Virus record (IMG/VR): IMGVR_UViG_2576861739_000001
Length of the DNA stretch: 23,587 bases
From: an uncultured virus (IMG/VR IMGVR_UViG_2576861739_000001)
Taxonomy: Duplodnaviria > Heunggongvirae > Uroviricota > Caudoviricetes
Strand: one strand, 5' to 3'
Made by a program: the position numbers and the translations under genes. The notes beneath the pieces are model-generated. The model was not told where the DNA came from, did no database searches, and saw nothing but the letters and a program-made list of their open reading frames with translations. Shown piece after piece: positions 8,458 through 17,105 of the stretch; positions within the stretch are counted from its first letter, which is position 1, and each line of letters starts with the position of its first letter.

Positions 8458-9177
8458 TCAAACGGACACGCTTGTCCGTTTGATTTCAGGCGCGATGTTC
8501 AGCAGGCGATGCGCGGCAAACAGGCGCGCTTCCAGCCGCTTAATCCAAGTCGCACCGAATTGAGAAAATGATTTCAGGCTGCGGTAATAGGCTTCCTGCA
8601 CAGATGCGAGCGCGTAAAGCAGCAAAGCCATTTCAGCATTTTGTGAGACCACGGCAGCGAGTGTCTTTGGTCCTGGCATGCCGTCAGGAGAAACGCCGAG
8701 ATATGATTGCAGCTGCTGCGCATATTTGACTGACAGAAAAGCACACATTTCCTGCGCCGTAGCTGCAGACAAACAGGAAAGTGTTTTCGGGCCTATTTCA
8801 CCATCTGGAACGGGCACACCAACAATGCGCTGCAACCCGTGCGCAGCAGCTGAGGTTCCTGCATTAAACCCGTGATCAAAGATCATCAGATCTACGCCCG
8901 TTGGCAGATCACTACAGCACAGCACGTCCCAAAATCGCTCTGTGGCAATTTCATGATACTGATCAACGGTAATATGCTGCATCATGCCGCGCGTCACAGC
9001 GCTGCGAGAGCCCAGAACACACGCCATCAATGCAGCCGAAATTCCGTATTTAGTGCCAGCCAGCAGGCCAACGCCAACACGACCACCGGACCAGTTTCCC
9101 TGATCAGCGCGATTGCACTGATAAGATCCTTCCTGACCCAAGGTGAAGTTTAGAGATTGTGAAAGATTGGCTTGCAT
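8458..9177 (-). CDS. Endolysin, glycoside hydrolase family 108
   Basis: EGSY...D.GNW...GTKYGIS catalytic motif, LPTGVDLMIFDHGFNAG and two DG.(I/P)GPKTL repeats. Confidence 0.9.
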   Translation of the reverse strand: MQANLSQSLNFTLGQEGSYQCNRADQGNWSGGRVGVGLLAGTKYGISAALMACVLGSRSAVTRGMMQHITVDQYHEIATERFWDVLCCSDLPTGVDLMIFDHGFNAGTSAAAHGLQRIVGVPVPDGEIGPKTLSCLSAATAQEMCAFLSVKYAQQLQSYLGVSPDGMPGPKTLAAVVSQNAEMALLLYALASVQEAYYRSLKSFSQFGATWIKRLEARLFAAHRLLNIAPEIKRTSVSV

Positions 9178-9206
9178 GCACGCACATTATGATTTCCATG
9201 CCTTGC

Positions 9207-9231
9207 ATAGGATTGTGCGTGTTTTCGTCAG
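9207..9231 (-). promoter_or_regulatory. Late promoter/activator site upstream of endolysin (Plys-like)
   Basis: 21-bp identity with 805-825; CATAAT -10-like hexamer 8 nt before the ATG. Confidence 0.8.
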
Positions 9232-9237
9232 TTCGGG

Positions 9238-9615
9238 TTAGATGCCAAACATATCCATCTGGTTGGGGTTTATTCCGCGGCCGACTTTACGGTCAAGTGA
9301 TGGATCTGATTGCAGCAAATTGCTGACCTGTCGCCAAGATATACCCAACCGGCTGGCGATCTCGTTATTGCTCAACCCACGTCGGGCCAGAACATGCGCA
9401 CGCCACGTCTTCACCAATGGCACCTGATATGATGACCCACCGTGATGATTGACCAATTCTGCGGCTAATTCTGCGCCGTACAAGTCAGAGAGAAGTGAGC
9501 CGGGCGCATTGCGCGGGACCATGATGCGTTGGCCTCCAGCGCTTTCTATGAACAGCAATGCAGCATCTTCGCCCACGGCATTAACAAGCCACGAAATAGA
9601 CGCAGGAGGCTGCAT
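9238..9615 (-). CDS. Mor/C-type late transcription activator
   Basis: VGEDAALLF...GGQRIMVP repeated module and a C-terminal HTH (LSNNEIASRLGISWRQV); sits just before the lysis genes, as Mu C does. Confidence 0.75.
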   Translation of the reverse strand: MQPPASISWLVNAVGEDAALLFIESAGGQRIMVPRNAPGSLLSDLYGAELAAELVNHHGGSSYQVPLVKTWRAHVLARRGLSNNEIASRLGISWRQVSNLLQSDPSLDRKVGRGINPNQMDMFGI

Positions 9616-9630
9616 TGTTATTCCTCTCGT

Positions 9631-9795
9631 TTATTGTGTTTGAAAGGCCTTTTTAGAGGCGTTCAAAATGCGTTCAACAGCATAATCACACATCTGATCC
9701 TGTATCCTAACGCTTTCCTCTGCTGTTGTCGCGTGTTTTCCAGAAATGACTGCCTGGCGGATAACAGAACGTATTGTCTCTTCCAGTTCTTTCAT
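9631..9795 (-). CDS. Hypothetical protein, 54 aa (not in ORF track)
   Basis: MKELEETIRSVIRQAVISGKHATTAEESVRIQDQMCDYAVERILNASKKAFQTQ; ATGA overlap with the upstream gene and fills the gap. Confidence 0.7.
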   Translation of the reverse strand: MKELEETIRSVIRQAVISGKHATTAEESVRIQDQMCDYAVERILNASKKAFQTQ

Positions 9796-10088
9796 TTCAC
9801 GTTTTTCAACATATCTCTGATCTCTAAACGGATCAGTTCTTTCATAGAGTTTTCTATTCGGCTGCTATATCGGCCCAAAATGTAGGCAGCCAAAGAATCA
9901 TGTGCATCATGAAGCTCTTTTCCTGCCTTGAAGGCATCTGAAACCATATTAAGTAATGTATTTTCAAGATATTCTTTAGCAGTTTTTCTGGAACGAAATT
10001 TATGTAAGTTCCATATGACCCTGCCATCCAGACTTGTCATTTTTCTGATCTTGATATTAGACCATCTGGCCATCTTTTGATCAGACAT
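9792..10088 (-). CDS. Hypothetical protein (AT-rich)
   Basis: 98-aa ORF overlapping both neighbours in the operon. Confidence 0.7.
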   Translation of the reverse strand: MSDQKMARWSNIKIRKMTSLDGRVIWNLHKFRSRKTAKEYLENTLLNMVSDAFKAGKELHDAHDSLAAYILGRYSSRIENSMKELIRLEIRDMLKNVK

Positions 10089-10500
10089 CTTGTGCTTCCA
10101 GCCGTTTGCGCCAAGCTTTCAATCCTTCAATCACACTGCGAGCTGCAGGTTCGTCCAGAAACTCAGGAGCACTCACGCCTGTCTGGCGCTGCACATATGC
10201 GCGCAATGCGTCCCTCGTGCCGCCGCTCCGCAGCATGGGAGCCATATCGGCCCAAATAGCGTAAACTTTCCGCACCCAAGGCTTATGGCTCGTTTTCTTT
10301 GCCCTAAAGCCCAACCGCTTCATTTCTTCCAGAACATCATGTAGCTGGCCGATAGACAGTTCTGTTGATGATGTTTTGTTGGTGACCCGTTGAAGGAGGG
10401 CGCGGTAATCCGCGTCCTCCAACCCTAGTTGTTTGCGAGCAACGTGCAGCTTACGCATCATTGCTGTGCGGTTGGCATTTTTATCATGCTGAACGTTCAT
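10081..10500 (-). CDS. gemA: GemA / Mu gp16 family (DUF1018)
   Basis: KLHVARKQLGLEDADYRALL...KTSSTEL...GF and VIEGLKAW motifs. Confidence 0.9.
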   Translation of the reverse strand: MNVQHDKNANRTAMMRKLHVARKQLGLEDADYRALLQRVTNKTSSTELSIGQLHDVLEEMKRLGFRAKKTSHKPWVRKVYAIWADMAPMLRSGGTRDALRAYVQRQTGVSAPEFLDEPAARSVIEGLKAWRKRLEAQDV

Positions 10501-11135
10501 AACATCTTTTCCACAACGGGAATTTTCGAGAACTGCAACACAACCTGCTGCCAGTCCTGGTCGTGACGTTCCCGCCAGTAAAACCGCAGGTATGATTTGC
10601 TGCTTGTCACCTCAATGCTATTTGCAACTGCGTCAAGCACGTCAGGCCAACGCGGGTGAGACAACTTGATGCGGCGCACTTGCTGTAGTCGCTCAACATT
10701 CACTCTCCCAGTTTTTTCGTCTGGAACAAAAGCCGCTTCCAGAAGAAGGCGAATATCTGGGTTTACGTCTTCCATCAGGTCATCCAGAACCTCGCCCATC
10801 AGAGCTTGGGCAGCCACAATATCTGATGTGACACGCCGAAAATCAGCAATGGATAGATCTACACGGAAGCAGTCATCCATGCTGGATGCTGATATCTGAC
10901 CACGAGAGTTCTTCCTCTTTTTCGCCCGATAATGCGTAAGAAGTCTTTCTTCGTAATCTTCAATCTTGGCATACATGCGCATTTTTGTTTCGCGCATCAG
11001 GTCATGCAGGGCCTTTGCATCTCCGACCATCTCAATGGCAAAATCGTTTGCCAGAAGTGTGCTGGTCGCAACCTTTGCTCGTGGCCATGGGCCAGAGCAG
11101 GTCATGACTGTGCCTTCGCGATTAACTTCGATCAT
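10497..11135 (-). CDS. DUF3164 family protein
   Basis: AAF..D.KTGRVN, HPRW..V.DAV.NSI and SKSYLRFY.R motifs typical of Mu-like early regions. Confidence 0.8.
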   Translation of the reverse strand: MIEVNREGTVMTCSGPWPRAKVATSTLLANDFAIEMVGDAKALHDLMRETKMRMYAKIEDYEERLLTHYRAKKRKNSRGQISASSMDDCFRVDLSIADFRRVTSDIVAAQALMGEVLDDLMEDVNPDIRLLLEAAFVPDEKTGRVNVERLQQVRRIKLSHPRWPDVLDAVANSIEVTSSKSYLRFYWRERHDQDWQQVVLQFSKIPVVEKML

Positions 11136-11146
11136 TTCTATATCTC

Positions 11147-11479
11147 TTAGTGTTTTGTTGTTGCCTGTGCGTTCGCAATATCGGACTGAAGCGTGTCGAT
11201 TTTTATTTGCGTGCGCAGCAAAATTGCTATGATGAGTGCGTGTGTGGCCGCTTGCTCAACATCACGATACATCTTGGACATCGTCCTGCATGCTTGTTCG
11301 GTTTTCTGATCAATGTTCAGATTGGACGCATACAGGCAGATAGCCACTCTATCCGCTAACGCTTTCAGCGTTGTGACCGAGCTTGCAAAATCAACCGTTT
11401 TATCTCCAGATAACGCCTGTTTCAGATGCCGTTTTACGGCTTCTGCCACGCCATCAATATCAACAGTAACATCGCTCAT
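11147..11479 (-). CDS. Hypothetical protein
   Basis: Translationally coupled ORF in the early operon. Confidence 0.7.
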   Translation of the reverse strand: MSDVTVDIDGVAEAVKRHLKQALSGDKTVDFASSVTTLKALADRVAICLYASNLNIDQKTEQACRTMSKMYRDVEQAATHALIIAILLRTQIKIDTLQSDIANAQATTKH

Positions 11480-11709
11480 GACCGCACTTCCTGAAACTCA
11501 ACATCAATAATTTCCGGCATCGTCTGCACGGGCATCCGTAGCAGCGTGAATGCTGCCTCAAGTTCGCTCGCCATACGGTCAAACCAGTCCGCCGCCTCCT
11601 GCCGGTCATGGCATGACAACACAGTGACGTCCTTGGGCTGGGCAAACAGCTGCGCACCTGTACGCAATTGTTGAACAACGCCGCCGATCTGTTCGAGAGG
11701 TGTAGCCAT
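11476..11709 (-). CDS. Hypothetical protein
   Basis: TAATG and ATGA coupling to neighbours; GGAGG Shine-Dalgarno. Confidence 0.75.
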   Translation of the reverse strand: MATPLEQIGGVVQQLRTGAQLFAQPKDVTVLSCHDRQEAADWFDRMASELEAAFTLLRMPVQTMPEIIDVEFQEVRS

Positions 11710-11990
11710 TAGATTGCCTCCATCTGGGACAGGATTTCACTGGCCGTTGTTTCGGCCGGATAGGATTCAAAGAACTCGCGGACCACTTGCCGACGCTGAT
11801 CACCGGCAATGTGCGTTTCATGCCGCAAGACAGCGACCAAATGGCATGCTGTTGCTGCTGGCTCAGCACTCCGCAAGAATGCGCGAATATCCCGTAGGAG
11901 AGCGCGGTAACGCTCATCCTGGGCAAAAATAGTCCCTTCAACGACCTCAGTTAGAACATCGTGAGGGACTGGCATTTCAAGTGTTGTCAT
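11709..11990 (-). CDS. Hypothetical protein
   Basis: Starts 4 nt after the MuB stop and is coupled to the next gene. Confidence 0.75.
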   Translation of the reverse strand: MTTLEMPVPHDVLTEVVEGTIFAQDERYRALLRDIRAFLRSAEPAATACHLVAVLRHETHIAGDQRRQVVREFFESYPAETTASEILSQMEAI

Positions 11991-11994
11991 GGCC

Positions 11995-12957
11995 TTATCC
12001 CTGCACGCGGATTTTAGGGAATTCGCCAGTCATGTGTTCACCCCAAGCATATTCAAGGTCTTTCTTGGTGATCTGATCACGCCTGTTTACACGGGCAATT
12101 TTTGTAGCGTTGCGCAGCACTTTGCTCATGCTCCGCAATCCACCCGCGCAGCGACCGATTTCCTTGGCGCAAAGCTGCACCTCTTCATCCTTCACACCTT
12201 CCCACCCGGCAAGGATGGCGCACATGTCTTTCTGTCGAGGCTTGTTGATCTTCCGGCGCAATCCAATACGGCTGAACAACTGTGCATAGTCTGCTGTTCG
12301 TCCCAGACCATCAAACTTGGCGTTCAAAGGCGCGTTTCCCATGAATACAACGCCTACTTTTGCCTGATCATGAATGGACCTTATTTCTTCAACAGCTTTG
12401 ACGGAAAGATGCTGGGCTTCATCAATGATCAGCACCGCCTCCGTGCCTTTCAGGCGGCGGATAATGGAACGAATGCGGCGCTGTCCCTTATCATTGCAGC
12501 CCAAGGTTTCTGCAATTTCCAGCAAAACAGCAGAAGGACTGGACAAACTTGGGTCTGCCGTAATCAGAAACACATTGTTGGTGCGTTTCTGATACTCTTC
12601 TGCAGCCATGGTCTTGCCTGTTCCCGCATTTCCAGAAATTACGGCCAGATCCACGTCATACTGCGCCGTTTCAATCATGTTCATGATCGTTCTGGCCGTT
12701 TCCGTCATGATAAACCCTGGAACAACTGGCCGTGCGGATCTGTTCCGCTCTTTAGTTTCCTGCGCTTCAAGCCATAACTGCAGCTTACCAGCTACCTTTT
12801 CATTATCCCCGGTATAATTGCCGCCAAGGAATGAGCTGATCACTGGTCCAGACACACCACATGCAGTTCCGATCTGTGTCAGGGAGAGCTGATCACGGTC
12901 TTTACGATCCCTTACGGCATCACGCAGGCGTGCGTAGTCATTCATGATCTGTGTCAT
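11995..12957 (-). CDS. MuB-like transposition AAA+ ATPase
   Basis: N-terminal HTH, GNAGTGKT Walker A, LIIDEAQHL Walker B and AQLFSRIG. Confidence 0.95.
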   Translation of the reverse strand: MTQIMNDYARLRDAVRDRKDRDQLSLTQIGTACGVSGPVISSFLGGNYTGDNEKVAGKLQLWLEAQETKERNRSARPVVPGFIMTETARTIMNMIETAQYDVDLAVISGNAGTGKTMAAEEYQKRTNNVFLITADPSLSSPSAVLLEIAETLGCNDKGQRRIRSIIRRLKGTEAVLIIDEAQHLSVKAVEEIRSIHDQAKVGVVFMGNAPLNAKFDGLGRTADYAQLFSRIGLRRKINKPRQKDMCAILAGWEGVKDEEVQLCAKEIGRCAGGLRSMSKVLRNATKIARVNRRDQITKKDLEYAWGEHMTGEFPKIRVQG

Positions 12958-12999
12958 GTGTAAAAATTTCCTCGTTTATTGGAGCGTTATTGGCTTAAT

Positions 13000-15046
13000 T
13001 CAGTCTTCGTCAGTATCCACAAGTCGCAGCGAGCGCGTTGTTGGTCGTGTCTGTTCGTTATACTTTGTCAGCCAGTCTGCTTCTTCATCTTCGTCATGCG
13101 CCACTGCTGCATTCCCGTGGCTAATAGGAGCCTTCGGGCGTAGCGGCCGCACAACTTTGGTTTCGGGCAGATCCGGTTCTGGTGTTTCCACATCCCCGTA
13201 AATACGTGCCAGTTCCTGCCGATTAACCCGCACTTCCGCTTTTTGAAGTTCTTTTGTGGCCCGTTTGAACGCCTTATAGGCGCGCGCCTGGCTCTGGGCT
13301 GCCTGCTGATCTGCAAATCCGGCTTTCTCAACACAACTGGCAGCACCCAGATACGTGCCGTCAATTCGGTAAACATGCAGATCATCCTGCAATGCCTGCG
13401 GGTCAAACCGAACAATTACAGACGTGCCGCGATGTTGATGTAGAAATTCGGCCCAATACCGATTGTCGGCCAGAGAAATCACACCATCGCGGCGCGCAAC
13501 AGTTACACTTTCCGCTGCCATCAGGCACAGTCTGCGCTGTTCCTCCGTTGCTGTTACAATTTCACCACGGTTTGCGGCCTGCGCATAACTTTCCGCAAAT
13601 ACGTGGTCAAAACTGAATTTGCCCTGGCACACGTCAGAGCGACGGCCGACACGGGCGTTGTGTTCCCGAATACCCTCGGCAACCACCTCCAGAAACACAT
13701 CCAGATCCACAGCATTGCTGCCGTAGTTCTCGGGTTTGCTGGTAACGGTGTTCCCTGTATATGCCCCGGCAAAACGCGGGTGCTTGGCCAGATCGCCAGC
13801 CAGATCGCGCCATGCGCGTTCAATAGGTTTGGAACGTCCGCTGTATGGTGTAGCCCAGTGCACCTCTACACCCAGCAGGGGCAGGATCCCCATTGGCTCA
13901 TCATCACGTACCTTGAACCGATAACGGTTCTGCACACCGCCGGTCAGCCATTTTGATGCAAAGTTGCGCCCGTTATCCAGCCAGCATTTTTTCGGAATGC
14001 CGTATTTGGCGACCATATCGCCAAATGCCAGGCGCACGCATTCCTTGTTTTCAGAAACGTCCACCCGCCAAGATAGAATTTTGCCACTGTAAATGTCCTG
14101 AAAGCCGACTAAAACGGGCCTGATAACCTGTTCCTTGCCATTTTCAATCCAGCGCACGAACACATCGAACTTGTGACCGTCTGCGTTGACGGCTTCCAGA
14201 GCATGAAACACGGTATGGTCTCGTTTCTGTGCAGGAAACATGGTTTTCAGCGCCTGTTCGCCTTTGCGACACAACGTCACCAGTTCAGGTGGCAGAGCAT
14301 CCATGCGGCGCTTGAGTGTTTTGGCTGAAGGCAACTTCCAACCTTGCTTGGAAGCATGTTTTTCCAAGCGGCGCATACACGCACTGAATGTTGGCTGTTC
14401 CAGACGCAGGAAGTCGGATTTCAGAATATCCCATGCCTCAGTCGGGCAATCCACTAACTCCTGATGCTTCGCATAATGCGGTGCCAATGCAGCCAGCCAG
14501 TCACAATGGTTCACGCCATGCACAGCGCGATACCAGCGGTGGATCGTCGCAACGCTAACACCTTCATCACGACCGATCTGGATGATGGACAACTTCTTCT
14601 GCAGTCCAGCAGCCACCAGCATCTCAACCGCCGTGACGATACGGTGTGCCTTTTTAGCCCGTGCCTTCAGGCTTTCCGGCAAAGCATCGTAATGCCGCCA
14701 CAGATCCTCACGCTCACGTTTCTGGTCATCGGCATTAAGCTCATCTGCCTTTGCTTCTTGCGCCTTAATGGCAAGAGCAGCGCGCGCAGGAAGAGGCAAC
14801 CCTGAAGCCGCTCTTCCTATACATCCTGGACCAAAGAGCAGCGCGCGCAGGAAGAGGCAACACATACGGCGTGAACTCAAACCCGCCACCCCGACCGCTG
14901 CGCTTTCGCCAAGACTTGCCTTCATTATCTGGATCAAGCCAGTTTTCGGCCTTCGCCTTTCTTGTGATTCCCTGAGTAGTGGCGGGAATACCTGGTAGCG
15001 CCATTCCTGACAGTTCAGCAGGCGAGAACCAATGAACGTTACTCAT
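13000..15046 (-). pseudogene. MuA-like DDE transposase frameshifted by a 61-bp insertion
   Basis: The N-terminal Mu DNA-binding domain (WFSPAEL...GRGGGFEF) is in ORF 14765-15046 and the core (NADGHKFD, LDNG, SKPIER) is in another frame. Removing 61 bp gives a continuous 661-aa frame. Confidence 0.9.
14773..14861. repeat. 28-bp direct repeat flanking a 33-bp unique insert
   Basis: AAGAGCAGCGCGCGCAGGAAGAGGCAAC at 14773-14800 and 14834-14861. Confidence 0.97.
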
Positions 15047-15498
15047 CAGAACTTCCCTCCCATCTGCCGACGCAGCCCGCTTTCCATCCGAGCGAGTTTC
15101 TTTTTCTGTTCAGCCACGGCTGCCAGTTCAATCATCGGTAGAAACCGGCGCTCAATCACGGCCCAATCACGCGGTGCGGCCATCAGTTCCAGCAGACGGC
15201 GATCCTGTGTTGCACCAATCAGTGCATCAAATCGCGGAACACTGATCTGGTGACCGTCACGCTGCACACTAGCGTAAGCGTTAAGCATATTGATGCTGAT
15301 AGGCCGTGTCAGGATATCGCTCATACGTTCGCACACCTCGGCTCGGCTCATGCCGCAGTCATCCAGCGAAACAGAAATCGCACGGGCCAGCTGATCAGAA
15401 AACGTGTTGCCACGTATGAGAAACGGGTCAAACGCCGCCACAGGTTCAGGTGGTGTCCAATCCAGCAGTGACAGCTGGCGTTCATCTTTGCGGATCAT
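15046..15498 (-). CDS. Phage regulatory/hypothetical protein
   Basis: Coupled to MuA (TGATG); HTH-like segment MSRAEVCERMS...MLNAYAS. Confidence 0.75.
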   Translation of the reverse strand: MIRKDERQLSLLDWTPPEPVAAFDPFLIRGNTFSDQLARAISVSLDDCGMSRAEVCERMSDILTRPISINMLNAYASVQRDGHQISVPRFDALIGATQDRRLLELMAAPRDWAVIERRFLPMIELAAVAEQKKKLARMESGLRRQMGGKF

Positions 15499-15767
15499 GC
15501 TGCCAGCCTTTCGTTACCCAGCCGCAGATCTGCGTCTGCCTGCACGATTTCCAGAAAAACGCTCTGAGGGCAGTCCATGGCCCACAGCATATCAAACAGC
15601 GTATTCATGCGATGACTATATTTCCCGCGCTCCATGTCACCCACAGAGTTTCTGGTAAGGCCACATTCTGTAGCCAGAACTTCAATCGTCCAGCCACACC
15701 GCATACGTTCACGACGGATGATTTTTCCCACAGTAGCTGACAGGGCCTGCGCATTTACGGTTTTCAT
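15495..15767 (-). CDS. XRE-family HTH protein
   Basis: IRRER...WTIEVLATECGLTRNSVGDMERG. Confidence 0.85.
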   Translation of the reverse strand: MKTVNAQALSATVGKIIRRERMRCGWTIEVLATECGLTRNSVGDMERGKYSHRMNTLFDMLWAMDCPQSVFLEIVQADADLRLGNERLAA

Positions 15768-16582
15768 TCTGCGTCTCCCATGTTCATTTCAGGTTCAAGA
15801 TAGGCATGGAATTTCATTCGTGTTGCGCTGTCAGCCTTTTCCCAAAGCGCAACCAGCTTGTCATAAAGGGTTGGTTGCTTCTTTTTGGGCTGCCCCTTTA
15901 TCTGCCTGATAATCTCGGCAACATTTTTTACGCCGGGCCAATGCGCGACAAAATCCGCTATCTGACGCTGCATGTCGGGAGTTTCGCGCCCCAACGCATC
16001 CAGTTGTGCGCCGCTGCCAGCCAGCCATGTGTTGGCAATTTTTTCGCGCACATCAGGAACAATTTTGCTATAGAGTGCAACTGAGCGCCTGATGGATCGC
16101 GCATCAAGACCGAGTTTCTGGGCAGATGCCTCGGTAAAGGACGGTATCAGGTGGACAAGATTGTCCATCTGATCCGACCGTCTATCACCACCACGCTTGG
16201 TTTCCGGGTGAAGCGTTTCGTAAACCTCCTTCCGCTTCGCCAAAAATGTTGCCCTATCAAGCGGGCTCAATTCACGACGGCAGATATTCTCGTCAATTTC
16301 CAGCAGTTGTGCCTGCAAGTCGTCGGCCTTCACCACCACGGCAAATGCTGTTTCTATGCCAGCCATTTCCAATGCCCGCACACGGTGCGCACCGGCAATC
16401 AACTGATACCGTTTGCCGATTTTACGCACTTCAATCGGGGTGCGCTGCCCTTGTTCCTGCATGCTGGCAGCAATAACAGCAGCTGCATCATCATCAATCG
16501 CACGCAGACGGTCACCAACGTCAATTTGTGACAAGGGGATAGAGACCACTGCTGAGAGTGGCTGTGGAACCTGCACGTTCAT
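15764..16582 (-). CDS. ParB N-terminal domain protein
   Basis: GQRTPIEV, LIAGAHRVRA, EIDENICRRELS and a downstream HTH. Confidence 0.9.
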   Translation of the reverse strand: MNVQVPQPLSAVVSIPLSQIDVGDRLRAIDDDAAAVIAASMQEQGQRTPIEVRKIGKRYQLIAGAHRVRALEMAGIETAFAVVVKADDLQAQLLEIDENICRRELSPLDRATFLAKRKEVYETLHPETKRGGDRRSDQMDNLVHLIPSFTEASAQKLGLDARSIRRSVALYSKIVPDVREKIANTWLAGSGAQLDALGRETPDMQRQIADFVAHWPGVKNVAEIIRQIKGQPKKKQPTLYDKLVALWEKADSATRMKFHAYLEPEMNMGDAE

Positions 16583-16884
16583 GCCGCCACCTCATTTTGA
16601 CGGTGCGCGGCGCACGGCAGCGCTGTAGGGATACGAGCAACAGTAATGGAAATAGGAGAGCCATCCCGATGATACCGATCCGGCCAGATAGCCTGAGGCT
16701 TCATCTTCAGAACTTTCGCGATTTCATGTTCGATAGGAACCGAATAACCGGGCGTAGCAATGGTTTTGCTAACCGAACGGCTATCTCGACCAATCTGTCT
16801 GGAGAATGCAGCTAGAGCGCCGAACATTTTCCGCAGTGCGGCCTTAATGTCCTCCGGGTGCATTCCCTTATGCTTTTGTGGCAT
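16579..16884 (-). CDS. ner: Ner-like DNA-binding protein
   Basis: MHPEDIKAALR...IA...PQAIWPDRY; divergent from the repressor. Confidence 0.9.
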   Translation of the reverse strand: MPQKHKGMHPEDIKAALRKMFGALAAFSRQIGRDSRSVSKTIATPGYSVPIEHEIAKVLKMKPQAIWPDRYHRDGSPISITVARIPTALPCAAHRQNEVAA

Positions 16885-16904
16885 AGTAGGTCACTCCTGA
16901 TTCG

Positions 16905-16928
16905 AGGGCGGCTGCCACCGCCCTTTTT
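16905..16928. other. GC-rich hairpin in the early leader (U-tract on the + strand)
   Basis: AGGGCGG-CTGCCA-CCGCCCT followed by TTTT. Confidence 0.5.
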
Positions 16929-16974
16929 CTTCAACCCCGTTCAGCGACTTTTCGCCGCTGATAATCGCCGCGAG

Positions 16975-17090
16975 TTGTTCCGTAAGAATAGTATTTTTCG
17001 GAATATCCGCAAGGAAAAATCAGATGGTTCAAGTTTTTTCATGTGGAAAAGATGTGGATAACTACTATTTTCCGCAGTTTCCCGCACGTT
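16975..17090. promoter_or_regulatory. Divergent promoter/operator region between ner and the repressor
   Basis: AT-rich, with recurring TCCG(C/T)A and TGTGGA half-sites in direct and inverted arrangement. Confidence 0.55.
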
Positions 17091-17105
17091 TTTGCTCTGG
17101 AAAAA

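Noticed and set aside
9731..9740. Third partial copy of the late motif (GCGTGTTTTC)
   Set aside because: Only 10 bp, inside a coding region, and without the fixed spacing to a start codon.
1917..12777. Long + strand ORFs (1917-2636, 7918-8571, 11989-12777 and others)
   Set aside because: Antisense shadows of well-supported - strand phage genes, with no motifs.
14773..14861. Canonical CRISPR array
   Set aside because: Only two repeats, no leader or cas genes, and the repeat is transposase coding sequence. Reported as an ectopic integration candidate instead.
14801..14937. N-terminus of the 645-aa ORF (MIQIMKAS...) as the true MuA start
   Set aside because: It is an off-frame read of the real 5' region plus the insert. 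The Mu DNA-binding domain begins at ATG 15046, coupled to the upstream gene.
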